A DNA stretch of 63,841 nt, filler included, from Olpidium bornovanus S191 (GCA_017911155.1; 36 parts of 36 records of this genome joined end to end with filler, not necessarily neighbours in it), one strand, 5' to 3'; shown: positions 35,331 through 48,636, numbered from the whole stretch's first letter. Program-made: numbers and translations. Notes: generated by a model not told the origin, from the letters alone.

Positions 35331-36477
35331 TCAATCCAACAGAAATATCCGAGCCCCGATGTCGTCCGCGATCCAGTCCATTCCCTGCACGAGATTCTCC
35401 CCCGTTACGGCGCTGCAGGCCTGTATCGACCAGTGGTGGGTCTTTATCGACTGCAGACCGAGCGCGTCGCGAAGCTCCGCGTCGCTGAGCGCGCCGGGAA
35501 GGTCCTGTTTATTGGCAAAGACGAGCAGCGAAGCGCCGGCAAGCCGCTGTCGAAACGTAAAGATAAACCCCCCCCTCCAAAAAAAGGGCACGAAGCGGAG
35601 GCGGTTCATTCAAAAAACAAGCCCGGAAAAACGGCCGGGAGAGGCTGGCCTCGCGCGCTTTCCCGGAAATTACCGACGCGCCGCCGGGAGGGGGGCCCAC
35701 CTCCTCCTTGAGCAGTTCCTTCAGCTCCTTTTCGCAGTCCGGCAGGCGCATCCTGTCTGCGCTGTCCACAACCCACACCAGCCCGTCGGTCTGCTCAAAG
35801 TAGTTTCTCCAGTACGAGCGGATGCTTTTCTGCCCGCCGACGTCCCAGATGTTCAACTTGTACCTGGAGATTATTTTTTTTTTGTCCCCAGTACGGCAGT
35901 CGTTTTAACTCCCAAAAGGGGCGGCTCAAAAACAAGAACAAGCCGCCCGCGCAAGATTCGCGGCGTTTTCGCACAGACCCTCGGTGTTCCAAAGTTTTGA
36001 TGTTGAATCCGAGCGTTGGAGATACCGACGTTACGTCCTCGCCGTTCACCCGCTTCAGAATGGTCGTCTTGCCCGCATTGTCTAGGCCCCTGAGATTGCG
36101 AAAAAAAAAAACGGCCGCCGGGTCAGAGCTTTTTCCTCGCGTCCCTGGTTTCCGGCGTTCGCGAGCGGCGGGTCGGGGTTAACGGGCAAGCCTGCCTTCC
36201 ACACCCCTCACACCCCCCGACTTTCGAGTCGCGTGCGGGGTGTCCCCGGTGTCGGGCTCTGCCGGCGGTTCCAAAGGCGGGAGGGGGGGCGAGAGGGGGG
36301 GGCGCACAACATCAGGAGCCGGATCTCCCGTTCCTTCCGGCGGTTTTTCCGTAAGACGCTCAGCAGGCCCTAGGAAAGAGCAAAAAGGTTGTTGCGGCAA
36401 CGGGACTATCGGTGAGCGACCCGTTCGGCGAGCGCGTCCTGCTTCCTGCCAGGCACGAGCGGCCGGCTGCCTACCAT
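35331..36477 (-). CDS. ARL2: ADP-ribosylation factor-like GTPase 2, complete, 5 exons
   Basis: M|[21 protein letters not shown]|GLDNAGKTT...[11 protein letters not shown]|[26 protein letters not shown]|[16 protein letters not shown]...RIFLLD*. Confidence 0.96.
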
Positions 36478-36526
36478 TTTTTTTTTGTCCAGGCGGCGCG
36501 CTGGGCGGAGGGCGGGGTCTTGGAAA

Positions 36527-36583
<57 letters not shown>

Positions 36584-37881
36584 CGGGGGGGGGCGGNNNN
36601 NNNNNNNNNNNNNNNNNNNNNNNNNNNNNNNNNNNNNNNNTTAATTAATTAANNNNNNNNNNNNNNNNNNNNNNNNNNNNNNNNNNNNNNNNNNNNAGCG
36701 CCACTCGCGTGGCCGTTACATCAAACGATATCAAATGCTACCCGCCAGGGTGCGATGGAATCAAATGACAATAGTTCCAAAAAGGATATCTGTGCGGCAA
36801 AATGTTGTTTTGCCATGCCATTGAAGGTTTAAGCTTGTGACCACTGCGGTGATCTGCTGCTGACATTTCAACCCGACACCGCCATGGTTGCTCCATCAGT
36901 GACAAACACCCGCGTAATCTCTGGTCTGTTGGTAACACATAAAAACTTAATCGTGATACAGCAGATCTGTCAGAAAAGGAGGTCATGCCCCAAATTGTTT
37001 CGGACGAAGGTTTTAAAAAGCCGCTTCGCTGCCACGATTGTCATTGGCATGCTGGGCCATGCTCCACATAATGGTTACCCGCCGGAGCCCATTTTCTTGA
37101 TTCGGTTAGGTCTTCGACCATATTGCGCTTCAACTAGTTTGGCTTTGGCTTGGCATCAGCCGCCGCAGCCGCCGCCGCCGCCGCCGCCCTGCGAGACTGT
37201 GGCACGTTCAGCGTCGGAGTCTTCAGCCACGTGGCGATCTCAGGTGCCGGCAAATCCAAGAGTGTCTCGAGTTCTCGCTGAATCATGAGGCAGAAGTCAT
37301 CCAGAGGAAGATCATCTGAAGGCGGGTCGGAGGAGGAGGTAACGGGCCTCGTCAAGCGAACCGCATTTTACAAAAACCAAACGTCGGGGGTCGGCATCGC
37401 GCCGTGGGAGGAGGAGGAGGGGGGGGGGGTGCTGTTTGGTTGGGGTTCCCCGCACGCAAAGCATTCGTGCTTTTACGGCAAAACCGGCAAAACCCGGCAA
37501 CGGCACGCATCCGTCCGCCACTTACTGGCGTCGTAGCTGCAGGAAACCGCAAAGGAAAAAAAAAAAACGCGAAAAAAAAAACCGGCGCGCATGGAGAGAG
37601 CGAGGGAGTTAGCGTTCAACCGCGCGCGCGTGCGCAGGACGCGTGAGGCGAGAAGTAGACATAGACAGATCTTCCTTTCGCCCGTACCCGAAAGGGTTCT
37701 GCGTCGTTTGTCGGGTGCGCCGCGAGGGAAAGCAATAAAAAAAGTGGGGAGGGAGGGGGTTGGGCGGAAAGCGCGACAAGATTAGCTCAGCGCAAAACAT
37801 GCCTTTTTTTCCGGCCGTTTCTAAACGCAAACGTACCTCGATTTCGCAGCCGATCAATTCAATGCCAACGACTGAGGCGTT

Positions 37882-37914
<33 letters not shown>

Positions 37915-38499
37915 GTCGTCGCCGCCCATCATTCGAGGTAATCGGCGGGGCGCGCCATCGATGTAAAAAACGATGTGGCGTGCACGTACGCGAGAAGGAG
38001 GCAAGAGCAACGACGGGGACGGTTGCCCAGCCGAGCGTTCCAACGAACTGGAAGGGCAGCGCTAGGCTTGGTAAATGGAAATCCGAAAACGTCAGCAAAC
38101 AAAAAAAAATTATCTTTACGGCGGATTTGTGTTCGGAAAATCTCCCTGCTGCGCTCACCAAAAGAGCCAGACGACTTGAGATAGATGGACAGAATAAGCC
38201 AGCGGGATCGGAGATCTCAGACTGGTTTCGAGTCGGCCGGTGACGACGCACGATGGGGGCCGGNNNNNNNNNNNNNNNNNNNNNNNNNNNNNNNNNNNNN
38301 NNNNNNNTTAATTAATTAANNNNNNNNNNNNNNNNNNNNNNNNNNNNNNNNNNNNNNNNNNNNAGCCGGTACGGGCGATTTTGGTGGATCCGCTTGGGAG
38401 ATAATTTTACCTTCCCTGTTCTCGCCCACCCGTCTAAAAAGAATAAACGGATTAACGACGTTTTCATTTCTCTGCCGGACGTCCACGTTCTTTCGACAG

Positions 38500-39057
38500 G
38501 GGAAGCCGGGAAGCGGTACGCTCTTCCGAACTCTTCGATAATGATGCATCAGCCTTCTGGTGGCGCGAGCGGTCAGGCGTCCGACATCGCCATCATTGCA
38601 AGGGAGATCCTGCGCGTTCGCGAGCGCCTAAACCGGATCTACCAAAAGCACTGCAGGCCGCAGGGAAAGGAGCACTCGCTTGACACGATAGGTGCGTGTT
38701 GGGTGGGGATGGGGGGCCGTAAAGGAGGAGGAGGCATCCAGTTTGCTTTTCCGGCTTCTCTTCCAATTCCGGGAAGACGTACGCTTTTCCCCGTATAAAT
38801 ATAATATATATATATATATATATTGTGTTTTCTGCACTTCCGCGTTCTTTTGGGGGAGGGGATTGATTTTTGAAACGAAGAGCAGCGGCCGTGTGCCTGG
38901 TGGCAGACCCTTGAAATTTGTCGGCCGTTCTTTATCTGCAGAAACAACCGTTGAGCGGGACTATTTCATGACCTCCCAGGAGGCGCTCGAGTTTGGCCTG
39001 ATCGACCACGTCCTCGAGAAGCGTCTCCCGACCTCTGTATCGGCGACGAAGACGTAG
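38500..39057 (+). CDS. CLPP: ATP-dependent Clp protease proteolytic subunit (mitochondrial), 3' exons
   Basis: [38 protein letters not shown] | [25 protein letters not shown]. Confidence 0.95.
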
Positions 39058-40719
39058 ACCGACCCCGTAACGTGAGAGAACGCGTCCATTGCATTGTTGC
39101 AAGAGAACGTCCGACACCACGCTTCGCCGAGCATTTAACTGATGCTGCCCTCTTCCATTCCTCCTCCTAATAAAAGAGCATTATGTCGTCAAAGAGGGTT
39201 TCGGAGAGGACCCGAAACGAAGAATATTCGGCCGGGAATTTTTTCAACGGCTATTTTAGGGCTAGAACTGGACTTTTGACGCGGGATGGACGCGTAGACG
39301 AAAACGCGCCGCATTTGGCCGCGAAAGGGGAGGGAGAGCCAGTGGGGGTAGTGAGTTGTCGGAAACGTCACTTCTACACAAGCACAGCAAAAGCGCTCCT
39401 AGCACAGGTGCAACCGGGCTCGCGCCGCAATTTTGGCGCCATCGCTCGGAGCGAAGCCTCGTCTACTGCGCAGGGTCTCTCAATTTGCGATTCGACGGGT
39501 GGGGAAAGGGGGGCAGCAACTTCCATTGCAACAATGCCCCGAGCAAAATTTGGATTCCTATCAACCTGTCGGCGACGTCAGACGAAGTCTTCCGATTTCG
39601 CGATTTGGGCGGTATGTTCAGCGCTGGAAGCTCGCTTTGACTCATTGCGACCCGCCGACGGCGTGCTGGAGGGAGGTCGGCGCGAGCGATCAGCCGGGGA
39701 AGACCAGTTTCTGGAAGACTGACCGCTTTCCAGCCGGACTTCGCAAGGCGCGAGCGGGGTGAGGACGGCCAGAGCAGGTCGGCTTTCCGCGATTCTCGGC
39801 GAAATCCTCGCGGGCCGGTGGCGCCAGCGTTTCGTGGCGCAGAACGCTGTCGAACCGCTCGACCCGCGGTGGATCGTCGGGGATCGACGGGGGGCCAGGG
39901 TGACTAAGCTTCGGACTCGCAGGGAGCTCGGGACGGTTATCGTGGGCTTGGGCACATCACTTTACTCCTGGCTCTCCTGAATCGAAAACGCCGCGGCCGC
40001 CGATGCCGCGGGCCGAAGGTGAGTCGATGACGAACGGGTCGGTGCGGAAACGATGCCTGCGCGGCGGACGACGCCGCAGAGCGGGGTTTCGATGGTCCAA
40101 AGGATAAGCGACGGGCCCCGACGACCAGGACGATGTGCACGGAGCGCCGATTTTATTTGCGCATGNNNNNNNNNNNNNNNNNNNNNNNNNNNNNNNNNNN
40201 NNNNNNNNNTTAATTAATTAANNNNNNNNNNNNNNNNNNNNNNNNNNNNNNNNNNNNNNNNNNNNCCAGGTGATGTGCCGCAGAGGGCTCCGAACTTTTA
40301 TTTTTCTTTATTTATTCATTTATTTTTTAATTTTGTCGGAAGATTTGGCCATTGCGCTGTCCTTTTATGATCCAGTTGCGCACATGCACCAAAGATTGCG
40401 TCCGTTCAGGCGGTCGGCCACAACAGCGCATCGTTTCTTGGGAAACACCGAAGACGCGTAGCTTCCAAAGGAAGGCTGCGGAGCCCCACAGTAGCCTACC
40501 GGAAAGCGCAACTCCTCGCTTTTATCTCTTTCGACCGTCCCACGTCCGGCTTGGTGGCCTGTGACGTCACCTTCGACTGGGAAGCGGGTGGCGGCGATTT
40601 GATCCCGGCGTTCGGGCCGCCCGGCCCTTCCGCCGCGGAGAACGAGTGGGTCGCCCGGAGGCGGCGCCCACAGTTCCTCACTAAAGCGCGCACGCCCGCA
40701 AATTCCCCAAATCACCTAC

Positions 40720-41120
40720 CCTGTTACACTTGGTTCCCATGATGATCTGGCTGGGGCTCAGCCACGCGCCCGCGAAGATCTTGTCGTGGCCGGCCATGTT
40801 TATCTCCCGTTCCCGGAAGACGGTGGGCAGTCTGGTCGCGGCGAAGGCGGCACCGTTCCAGGAGCGCGAGTGCCTTTTGCAAGCAAAAGATAGCGCACCG
40901 GGAAAAACCGAAACGAGGCGGCGCGGCGGGGCATCGAGAGTTTTGAAGCGTTCGTCTGATCAATGGTCCTTTCCCCAAAGCAAAAAAGGGGGGGGGGAAA
41001 GGGGAAAAAAGGAAAAGAAATGGGCTAGCCATATGTCTTCATAAATTTTCCTTCGCGTACCTCGTCCGGTGATCCAGCTCGCGGTCCAAAATGTAGGAGC
41101 CGACATTATCGTTTGGTCGG
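40720..41120 (-). CDS. DCAF12: DCAF12/WDR40A-like WD40 protein, N-terminal exons
   Basis: Spliced GSYILDRELDHRT|RHSRSWNGAAFAATRLPTVFREREINMAGHDKIFAGAWLSPSQIIMGTKCNR parallels DCAF12 YYLKNREV...QQLPSLLKERE...NKVFASQWLN.RQVVCGTKCN. Confidence 0.8.
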
Positions 41121-41748
41121 GCTCTGTATCTTGTGGGTGCGTGAGAGAGGGAGAGAGAGAAAAAGTGGAGGAGGTAGAGGCCATCGGCGTGGAGGTGCGT
41201 GCCGGGTTCCAGCCGAGGGTTTTCGTTAGCACGCAGTTCAGAAAACATCGATTATGGGGCTTCGGAAGGCATCACGCCAGGTAAACGCCGAGAGACCGGA
41301 AGGACCTTTTTTTTTTAAGGCCGCACAAAAGCGAGGTGAAGAGAGCGAGAAGAACACACAGGTGACCGAGGGGCCTTCGCTTTCCAAGTTGCGCGGCCGG
41401 TTCGGGCCGTTGGCGCACCCGGGCCCGGGGTTGCACGCCGGCAACGCAAGGCGATCGGTGCGGTAGCAAACTGCCGTTTTCGTTTTGCGCGAACTCGATT
41501 TGCCCTCCCTGAAATCACTCGGCCAGCGCCGGCTTCCCTCCGCCTCCTTCGTCGCCGCCGCCCGCCAACCCCACCCTCTGCATCCGGCCCCCCCCCCCCC
41601 CCCTTTTTTTTTTTCCTACCTCCAGTCCCGGGAGTCGGCAGGCTTGAGNNNNNNNNNNNNNNNNNNNNNNNNNNNNNNNNNNNNNNNNNNNNTTAATTAA
41701 TTAANNNNNNNNNNNNNNNNNNNNNNNNNNNNNNNNNNNNNNNNNNNN

Positions 41749-41960
41749 CATGTGGGTGATATTTTTGATGTGCTCGGCACCAGAAAACTCCTCTGTTACT
41801 GGCTGCTCCTGCATCACCTCCTCCGCCTCCTCATAGTCGGCATTCACCACGGCGATGATTTCCTCGTCTGTCATATCGATATGGCGGCCCGGGATTCCTG
41901 CCGGTGGGTTCGCAATTGCTTCCATTGTCATCAGTTCCGCTGTGGAGCCAAGTCCGGGCG
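41749..41960 (-). pseudogene. Possible pogo/Tigger transposase C-terminal remnant
   Basis: DMTDEEIIAVVNADYEEAEEVMQEQP resembles the acidic tail motif of DDE-1 transposases; weak. Confidence 0.3.
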
Positions 41961-42995
41961 AATCGACAGGTGACGTCAATGTGGACAGGAAAAAAATTCC
42001 GTTGATGGAGGGATTGACGGGCGCGCCAGATGTGGTGTCAGCGGCGCAATGAAGTGATCGCGTTGAAGGGCACGTCCAGGAGCCAACGCACGGAACGCCG
42101 AAATAAACAGGCCTCCCAAAATTGCCCGAATGTAAAATGGAGGGCAGATAACCAACGGCACAGAGCAGCCAAGAAGGGGCGAACCACATAACAAAAGCAA
42201 ACTATCCCCACATTCCGGAAACATCGCCGTTTCACAGAGGTGTCGATGCCCGTCAACCTTCTGAGAGGTCATCGACGTTTGGGCCTCACTGGGTTACTCC
42301 GCAACGTTAACGGCGGGGGGGGGGGGGGGGCGGGGGGGGGGGGGGGGGGGATAGACACTCGAAACGGCAAGGGAGATGCAAATCGGCGCCGACGCGTCGG
42401 TCGCCTTTACTTCTTTCTGAAGCAAAGTGGGTTTCATTGCTCCGCCAGTGGAAAACACTTGCGGCTTGTGGGTCCCGCCAGCATTGGCAGTGAACGCAAT
42501 TTGTGACCCGCATTTCGTCATGTCTGAGGCCTTCGCTGCGGGATTGCAGAATCACCTGTGATGGAGCCGAATGGTGAAAAAACGGCCGGCTTCGACCAAG
42601 CTGTAAACGTGTTTGGTACCTTATCAACAAATACTTTCTTGGGGCCCTGGCAGCGTGTTTTTTCAATGGCTGCGGTGTTGTGCCGAACCAGACTCTCGCT
42701 GGATGGCGTGACGCTTCAACCCATGCCGTTTAGGGGTTGGAGGGTGGCCCTGGGCGAATCCCCCCTTCCCAGCAAAATGTTCGGGAGGTCGGTTTATTTT
42801 TTGGCATTCTGGAGAAAGGGGGCTGGGGCTATCCTCTCCCGGGCACGCCGGGCGGTATGCGCAAGTATGGAGTTGTACAACGCAACACAAAAAAAAAAAA
42901 AAAAAAAAAAAAAAGTTTGGCCCACCCCGCGTCCCCCCCCCCCCCCCCCCCCCCAACCCCCCCCCCCGGCCCGGCCCCCCCCCCCCCCCTTTTTT

Positions 42996-43060
<65 letters not shown>

Positions 43061-43642
43061 GGNNNNNNNNNNNNNNNNNNNNNNNNNNNNNNNNNNNNNN
43101 NNNNNNTTAATTAATTAANNNNNNNNNNNNNNNNNNNNNNNNNNNNNNNNNNNNNNNNNNNNGGCGGGCGCCCCGCACCGGAGGACCGTTCTCACGGTCA
43201 ATGCAGGATTGCAGCCGCGCGTCCGCGCGTTCGAGACTTTTTGCGGCCAATCGGGCCCCTCGTCATTTTTCACGATGGACATGCGCGGGGGGGAAAAAAA
43301 AAAGAGAGAAAAAACGGGCGGGGAGCAGAAGTCTGAGGAAACATGGCCCGTTGGTGCTGCGGGGGCGTCATCGGGGGTTTACGCGCCGCGCCGAGAAACC
43401 CGCCGGCAGGTATAAAAAGACTTAGACGGTTCCGACCCCAGATTTTTGAAAATACAGGGATCGCCGAACCAAAAGAAAAACGAACAAAGCGAAGCGAGAT
43501 CGGCGGAAAGAAACGTGTGGCATAACTGCACTTTCCGGTTTGTTTCGTCTAATCTGGCCTAGTTGAGACTCTCATGCGAAAGTCGTGCGCTTTTCTACTG
43601 GCCGTCCAACGACCAAAACATTAGAACTTCTACCTTAAAGCC

Positions 43643-43920
43643 GTGAAGTTCGTCGCAGTTGCTATCGCCGCCGTCGTGGCCCTTACTCAGGTTGTGCCCC
43701 CGTCTCCCCATCCTGATCCTGTCGCTGATCCTGCCCCGGAGCCTTTCCACGGGAAGAAGGGTTACGGTGACTACGGCAAAGGTTACGGCGGCTACGGCAA
43801 AGGTTACGGAAACTACGGGAAGGGCAAGGGCAAGGGCTACGGAGGTTACGGCAAAGGCAAAGGGGGCAAGGGCTATGAACGGGCTACGGCGGTTACAGGA
43901 AGGGGAAAGCATACTACTAA
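43643..43920 (+). CDS. Small secreted Gly/Tyr/Lys-rich peptide precursor (GTG start, 1-nt frameshift near the end; possibly a pseudogene)
   Basis: (M)KFVAVAIAAVVALTQ signal-like, PHPDPVADPAPEP propiece, FHGKKGYGDYGKGYGGYGKGYGNYGKGKGKGYGGYGKGKGGKGY, then after one missing base TGYGGYRKGKAYY* (TAA 43918-43920). Confidence 0.7.
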
Positions 43921-46772
43921 GCTACCTCATATGACCCTACCGCGGGTAATTTACAATTCGAACTTTGTTTACCGCGAAGGTTATTTAAAAATTAGACTCC
44001 TATTTCCTGGGGCGCAAGGCGGAACTGAAAATGCCCGGGGTGTGAACGTGACTGGCAACTTTGGAACGCGGGCTTTGATTCCAGTCAACGGTCGCAACGC
44101 TCTCGATTTTGGAAGCTTTGCGGCGCTTGTTCAGGACGGGAGGTTTGCGCGCATAATAACCGACAGGGCAAACTTTTTGGAGTTCTGCCCCAAACGCACA
44201 CGCAAAAATTTATCAACACGTGACATATAGACGTTGGCGGTTATTTATTTGACCTGCGTCAATATTATCAGCAATAACCGCCGGCCGTCAGCTGGTAGAC
44301 TATTCTGCAGTCGGCGCTATAACCTTTTCCGCGCAGTTTTAACTGCGCGCATCTGTCGCCGGCCCCCTTCCGCTCCCTCTTATTTTTTTCCGTCGGCCCT
44401 CGCCTCGCCCGAAGGCGGAATTGGGCCCGACGCAGGGCGGCCGGAAACTTCTCTCTGTTCGACGCGAGGAAAGCGGGAACGCGCGGATCCGGCACGCGAT
44501 CCGACTCGTGGGACGCCTCGCGCGGTTGCCGGTTACGCCGAGGCTTAGGCGCGGGTGCCGCCGCCGCACCGCCGTAGGGGTGCGAGCCAGGGGTCACGAG
44601 CCGGCACCTTCCGTGCTTTTCTCCCCTTTTTTGGCCACGCGCCGTTTGATTGCAAGTAGCTCTCGGAAAATTTCTGTCGCCGAATAAGCTCTCCGGTCAA
44701 ACAAAATCGAGTCGGTAAGATTTCCAATCCCCTGCTTCGCGTGTCCCACGCGCGCCGCGACGTCTATTGCGCTGTTGCCAAACCGCCCAAAGCTTCCGCG
44801 GGGTCTCCCCTCATCCTTCCCCCTTTGCGCGCGGAGCGTCTCGTTCGTTATCCGCCCTTCTGTTGGATCTTTGTTTGCGTCCAGCGTGCTCCGGCCGCAG
44901 AGGCGCTGCCCGAAAAAAAAATAAATCTCTTGTCACGCTGCACCCTCCCCGATTCTGCGCGAGGCTCTGGCTTTTCGCTTCGCTTCCGGCCCTTCCGTGT
45001 GGCGCACGCGGTTGCGCGAGAGCGCGTGTGACGACACAACCTCGGGTTCTGGACACGAGCAACGTCCGTGCCGTCAACCTGACGTCATGGGGAAGACAAG
45101 GAGGACACGCCCTCCCCTACTACCCCTTCGACCGAGTCTGCGACCAAAAAAAAGAAAAAAAGAATTAAAAAAAAAAGCAGGGAAGGCGCCGTTTACCTCC
45201 CGCCCNNNNNNNNNNNNNNNNNNNNNNNNNNNNNNNNNNNNNNNNNNNNTTAATTAATTAANNNNNNNNNNNNNNNNNNNNNNNNNNNNNNNNNNNNNNN
45301 NNNNNGCATGCCCAGACGGAGATCGAGCGGCGACTGGTTTTCCGGGCGAGAGGGGAGGGGAGAAGGGGGGAACTTTACCCGGCAACAGGACAATGCGACC
45401 GCCGAACTCGGTGTTTCTGGTGTAGCATTCCGCCGGCGTGCTCCCCTGGCCGGCGGGAAATCCAACCAGCGGACAAAGTGGCAGCGGGACCGACTTGCAC
45501 GGCGCCGCGAACGAGCCGAACCAGTGTGAGTAGCCGGAGTCCACCTTGGCCAGCGCAGACATCTTTCACCACCGGGAAGGGCGGGGAGGGCGGGGAAGGT
45601 TAATCCAGAACGAGTAGGAGAAGGCAGATGTCGAAAGAGCGGGGGAGGGAGAGGAGGAGGGAAAGGGAACTGGCCTGGAGGCGATTCAGCCCGGCAACGG
45701 GTGGGGGGGGATCCGAGGTTCCGTGTGGGAGTTGGCGCCCGGGGGGGGGGGGAGGGGCGAACGGAGAAAAAAGGGAGGGGGAGGGGGAAGTCGTGGCGCG
45801 AGGCTGCTTTCTCGCCTGTTTTTTCCCCGCATGCGCTTTCCCGCTGCACTGAAACATTTCCGCCGCGTGGGCGGTAGGAACTTTTTTGATTTCCCATCGC
45901 AAAAAAAAAAAAATCTCCGCGGAGAATTTTATTTTTTTTATTTTTTTTTTTTTGCCCATTTCTTCCGCTCCCCCTCTCCCCGCGCCGAACAGGCGCCGGG
46001 GAACAAGAAAGAAATTTCCAAAGCGCAAAATTTAGCGCGGTTCATACCCTCTTCCCCAACCTCGCCATCCCCCCGTCCCCACCTCCCCGCCTGCCCGTGC
46101 CCCCTCTTCGGGCGTAAAGCCAAACTGGAAAAGAGCAGCGTACGGCGACCCCGCGGCCGAATAATCCTGTTTGCACCGATGGTTAGCATTTGACAATATA
46201 GGACGAAGGAGTATGCCGGTTCGCCAACGGCGGACCCGAACCGCTTTCTTCAACGTCGACGAGGTGCTGTGGGAGCATGCAGTTGGCTGCCGAGAGCTCT
46301 TCTGCAGGGATGAACGTTTCACCGGCCCATTATGTGCAGAGGGGCGCTGTTGGGAGGCCGGGAGGGCACAGGTGCAATCACTGTAGCTTTCTCCTTCCCC
46401 TCATTTCATTCCCCCGCCCCAACCAACCCAACCCGGCGACGTTCTCGTTTTCCCCTCCCGGAGTAGCAGAGGGCGCTTCGGAAGAGAGCCCGCCGAGGAG
46501 GGCGCAGCGGACGGTGCACCGAAGGAGGGCACCTGAAATAGACGCATTTCCACTAACCCTATTGGTTTTTGTTGTCGCCAAAGCACTATCTCCCTCCAAC
46601 GGATGAGAAAGAGGGAAAAAGAGCAGGCAGCGCGCCGTGCTGAGGAGTGCTCAGGAGAGCCGGGGGGGGGGGGGGGGGGCCGGGAACTCAAGTCAAGGGA
46701 GGGTGCGATTCGTCTCCGCCGACTAGCACGCCGGCAGGAGGGAGAGAGAGGGGGAAAGGGGGGGGGGGGGGG

Positions 46773-46816
<44 letters not shown>

Positions 46817-47255
46817 GGAGGTAGAAACTGTAAAGGAGCTGGCTTCCTCCCACCTCCCCTTTGAGGCCGAATGGCGGATGCGCCCACGTGGCATTCCATG
46901 GAAGCGTAATTTGATGTAACTCGGCAGATTAGATTTCGGATGGTCGAATCGGGGAAGTCGAAACTGAGAGCGAGAGTCACGCGGCTTTTGCGGGATCTAG
47001 CAATTGCACAATTTTGCATGGGATTTTATCGGGTTTTCGGTGAAAATCGACGGATTTTCCTGCAAAGACCCGAACCTAAAACGGTTGGAGAAATAATTTA
47101 TGGTTTTACCTCATCTTTGTCCTAAATGCGTTAGGTAAGTCCACAGAAAAAAAATTTTATTCAAAGAGAACAACACCGCGAGGAACAAAACAAAATAGCT
47201 TGAATGGCAAATTACTGCCTTTCTGCGGTGTGCCCCCTACCCGTCCACCCACCCG

Positions 47256-47286
<31 letters not shown>

Positions 47287-48240
47287 TGGGTTCTTTGGCT
47301 GGGAAAAGAGGGTACAAAAACCTTTACCACAANNNNNNNNNNNNNNNNNNNNNNNNNNNNNNNNNNNNNNNNNNNNTTAATTAATTAANNNNNNNNNNNN
47401 NNNNNNNNNNNNNNNNNNNNNNNNNNNNNNNNCATGCATCGATCCCGATGCCACATCGATATCGATACGTCCCCATATCGACATCGCACGTACTCCCTTC
47501 GATGCCGACCTCTATTGCATCGATCCCGATGTCACGTGGGCACGTGACCCTCCTTCGAAGTACGTAAACGACCCACCGCCCTCTTCTAATAAACAACAAC
47601 AACAAACCCTTGAACAAACCAAGGACCCCTCGCCGGCCATTGCGCCATTACATCGTCTCACAACTGCTTTAATGAATCCAAAAAACTCGCACTAAGGAAA
47701 ACTGTACTCAGAAGAAATCCCGCTGAGAGAGAGAAAGAGAGGGAGAGATCAGGATCAGGTGTAAGATCAGGGGTAACCCTGGCGCTATCTCTGAGGGAGC
47801 ACAGCTCTGCGATGTGTAGCTAATCTCCCGATCGCGCAGAGTGCAGATTATGTACTTCGCGCGTCACAACCAACCAGCGAACATGGGCGGCTGCTGCGCA
47901 GGCAACCGCGTTGGCAAAGGATAAGCGCTGCGCGCGACGCCAGAGGCGCCGCAGGTATAAATAGCAGCCCCTCCCCTTGACTTTGTACCATACAAACTCC
48001 CGGTTACACGTACTTTCCGAACCTGAATACAAAAGCGCTCTTCCGCGCGACCTCCTCGACGAAAAGGACCTGACTGCAACGAAGCGCCGTAACCTGACTT
48101 CTGGACCGTCCACAAACCATAGACATTCCGTCTCAGATTGTTTTGTTTTTCTCTTTATGTCTCTTTTTCTCTGTCGCTCACCTCTTTGCATCGCGTCTAG
48201 AACAGAAGCGTTTCTTTGAGCTTCAGCAGCGTAGCCGTCC

Positions 48241-48636
48241 CTATACGGCTCCAACCGTCATCAGGGCTGGGACCCCCTGGTCCCAGAAAAAGCGGCACGC
48301 CTTCTTCTTCAGCTCGCTCTTCAGTTCGCTTTCGACAGCAACTGCCAGATTCCTCGCGGCCTTCTTGGCCAGAGGGGCCGGACGAGGAGCAACGACCGAA
48401 ACCGCAGCGGCACCTTTTGTGATGTCCTTGTCAATGGCAAATTCCATCAGCGACGCGATCAGGCCTTTGGCAAGCTCGTCTGAGAGTTTCTTCCGGGCTA
48501 TCGAGTTTTGCGTGGGCTCAATGGCGCCGGTGGACTCGAGATAATTCAGGAGCCGGAACGCGAAGGTCACATCGGACTCCAGAGGATCCCGGCGGGGAAG
48601 CGCCGGTGCCGTGCTCGGGGCTGAAGCCGTCTTCAT
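48241..48636 (-). CDS. Intronless ORF, possibly retroelement gag-like
   Basis: 131 aa, helical, ending KKKACRFFWDQG; repeat-rich contig with no recognisable host gene. Confidence 0.35.
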   Translation of the reverse strand: MKTASAPSTAPALPRRDPLESDVTFAFRLLNYLESTGAIEPTQNSIARKKLSDELAKGLIASLMEFAIDKDITKGAAAVSVVAPRPAPLAKKAARNLAVAVESELKSELKKKACRFFWDQGVPALMTVGAV

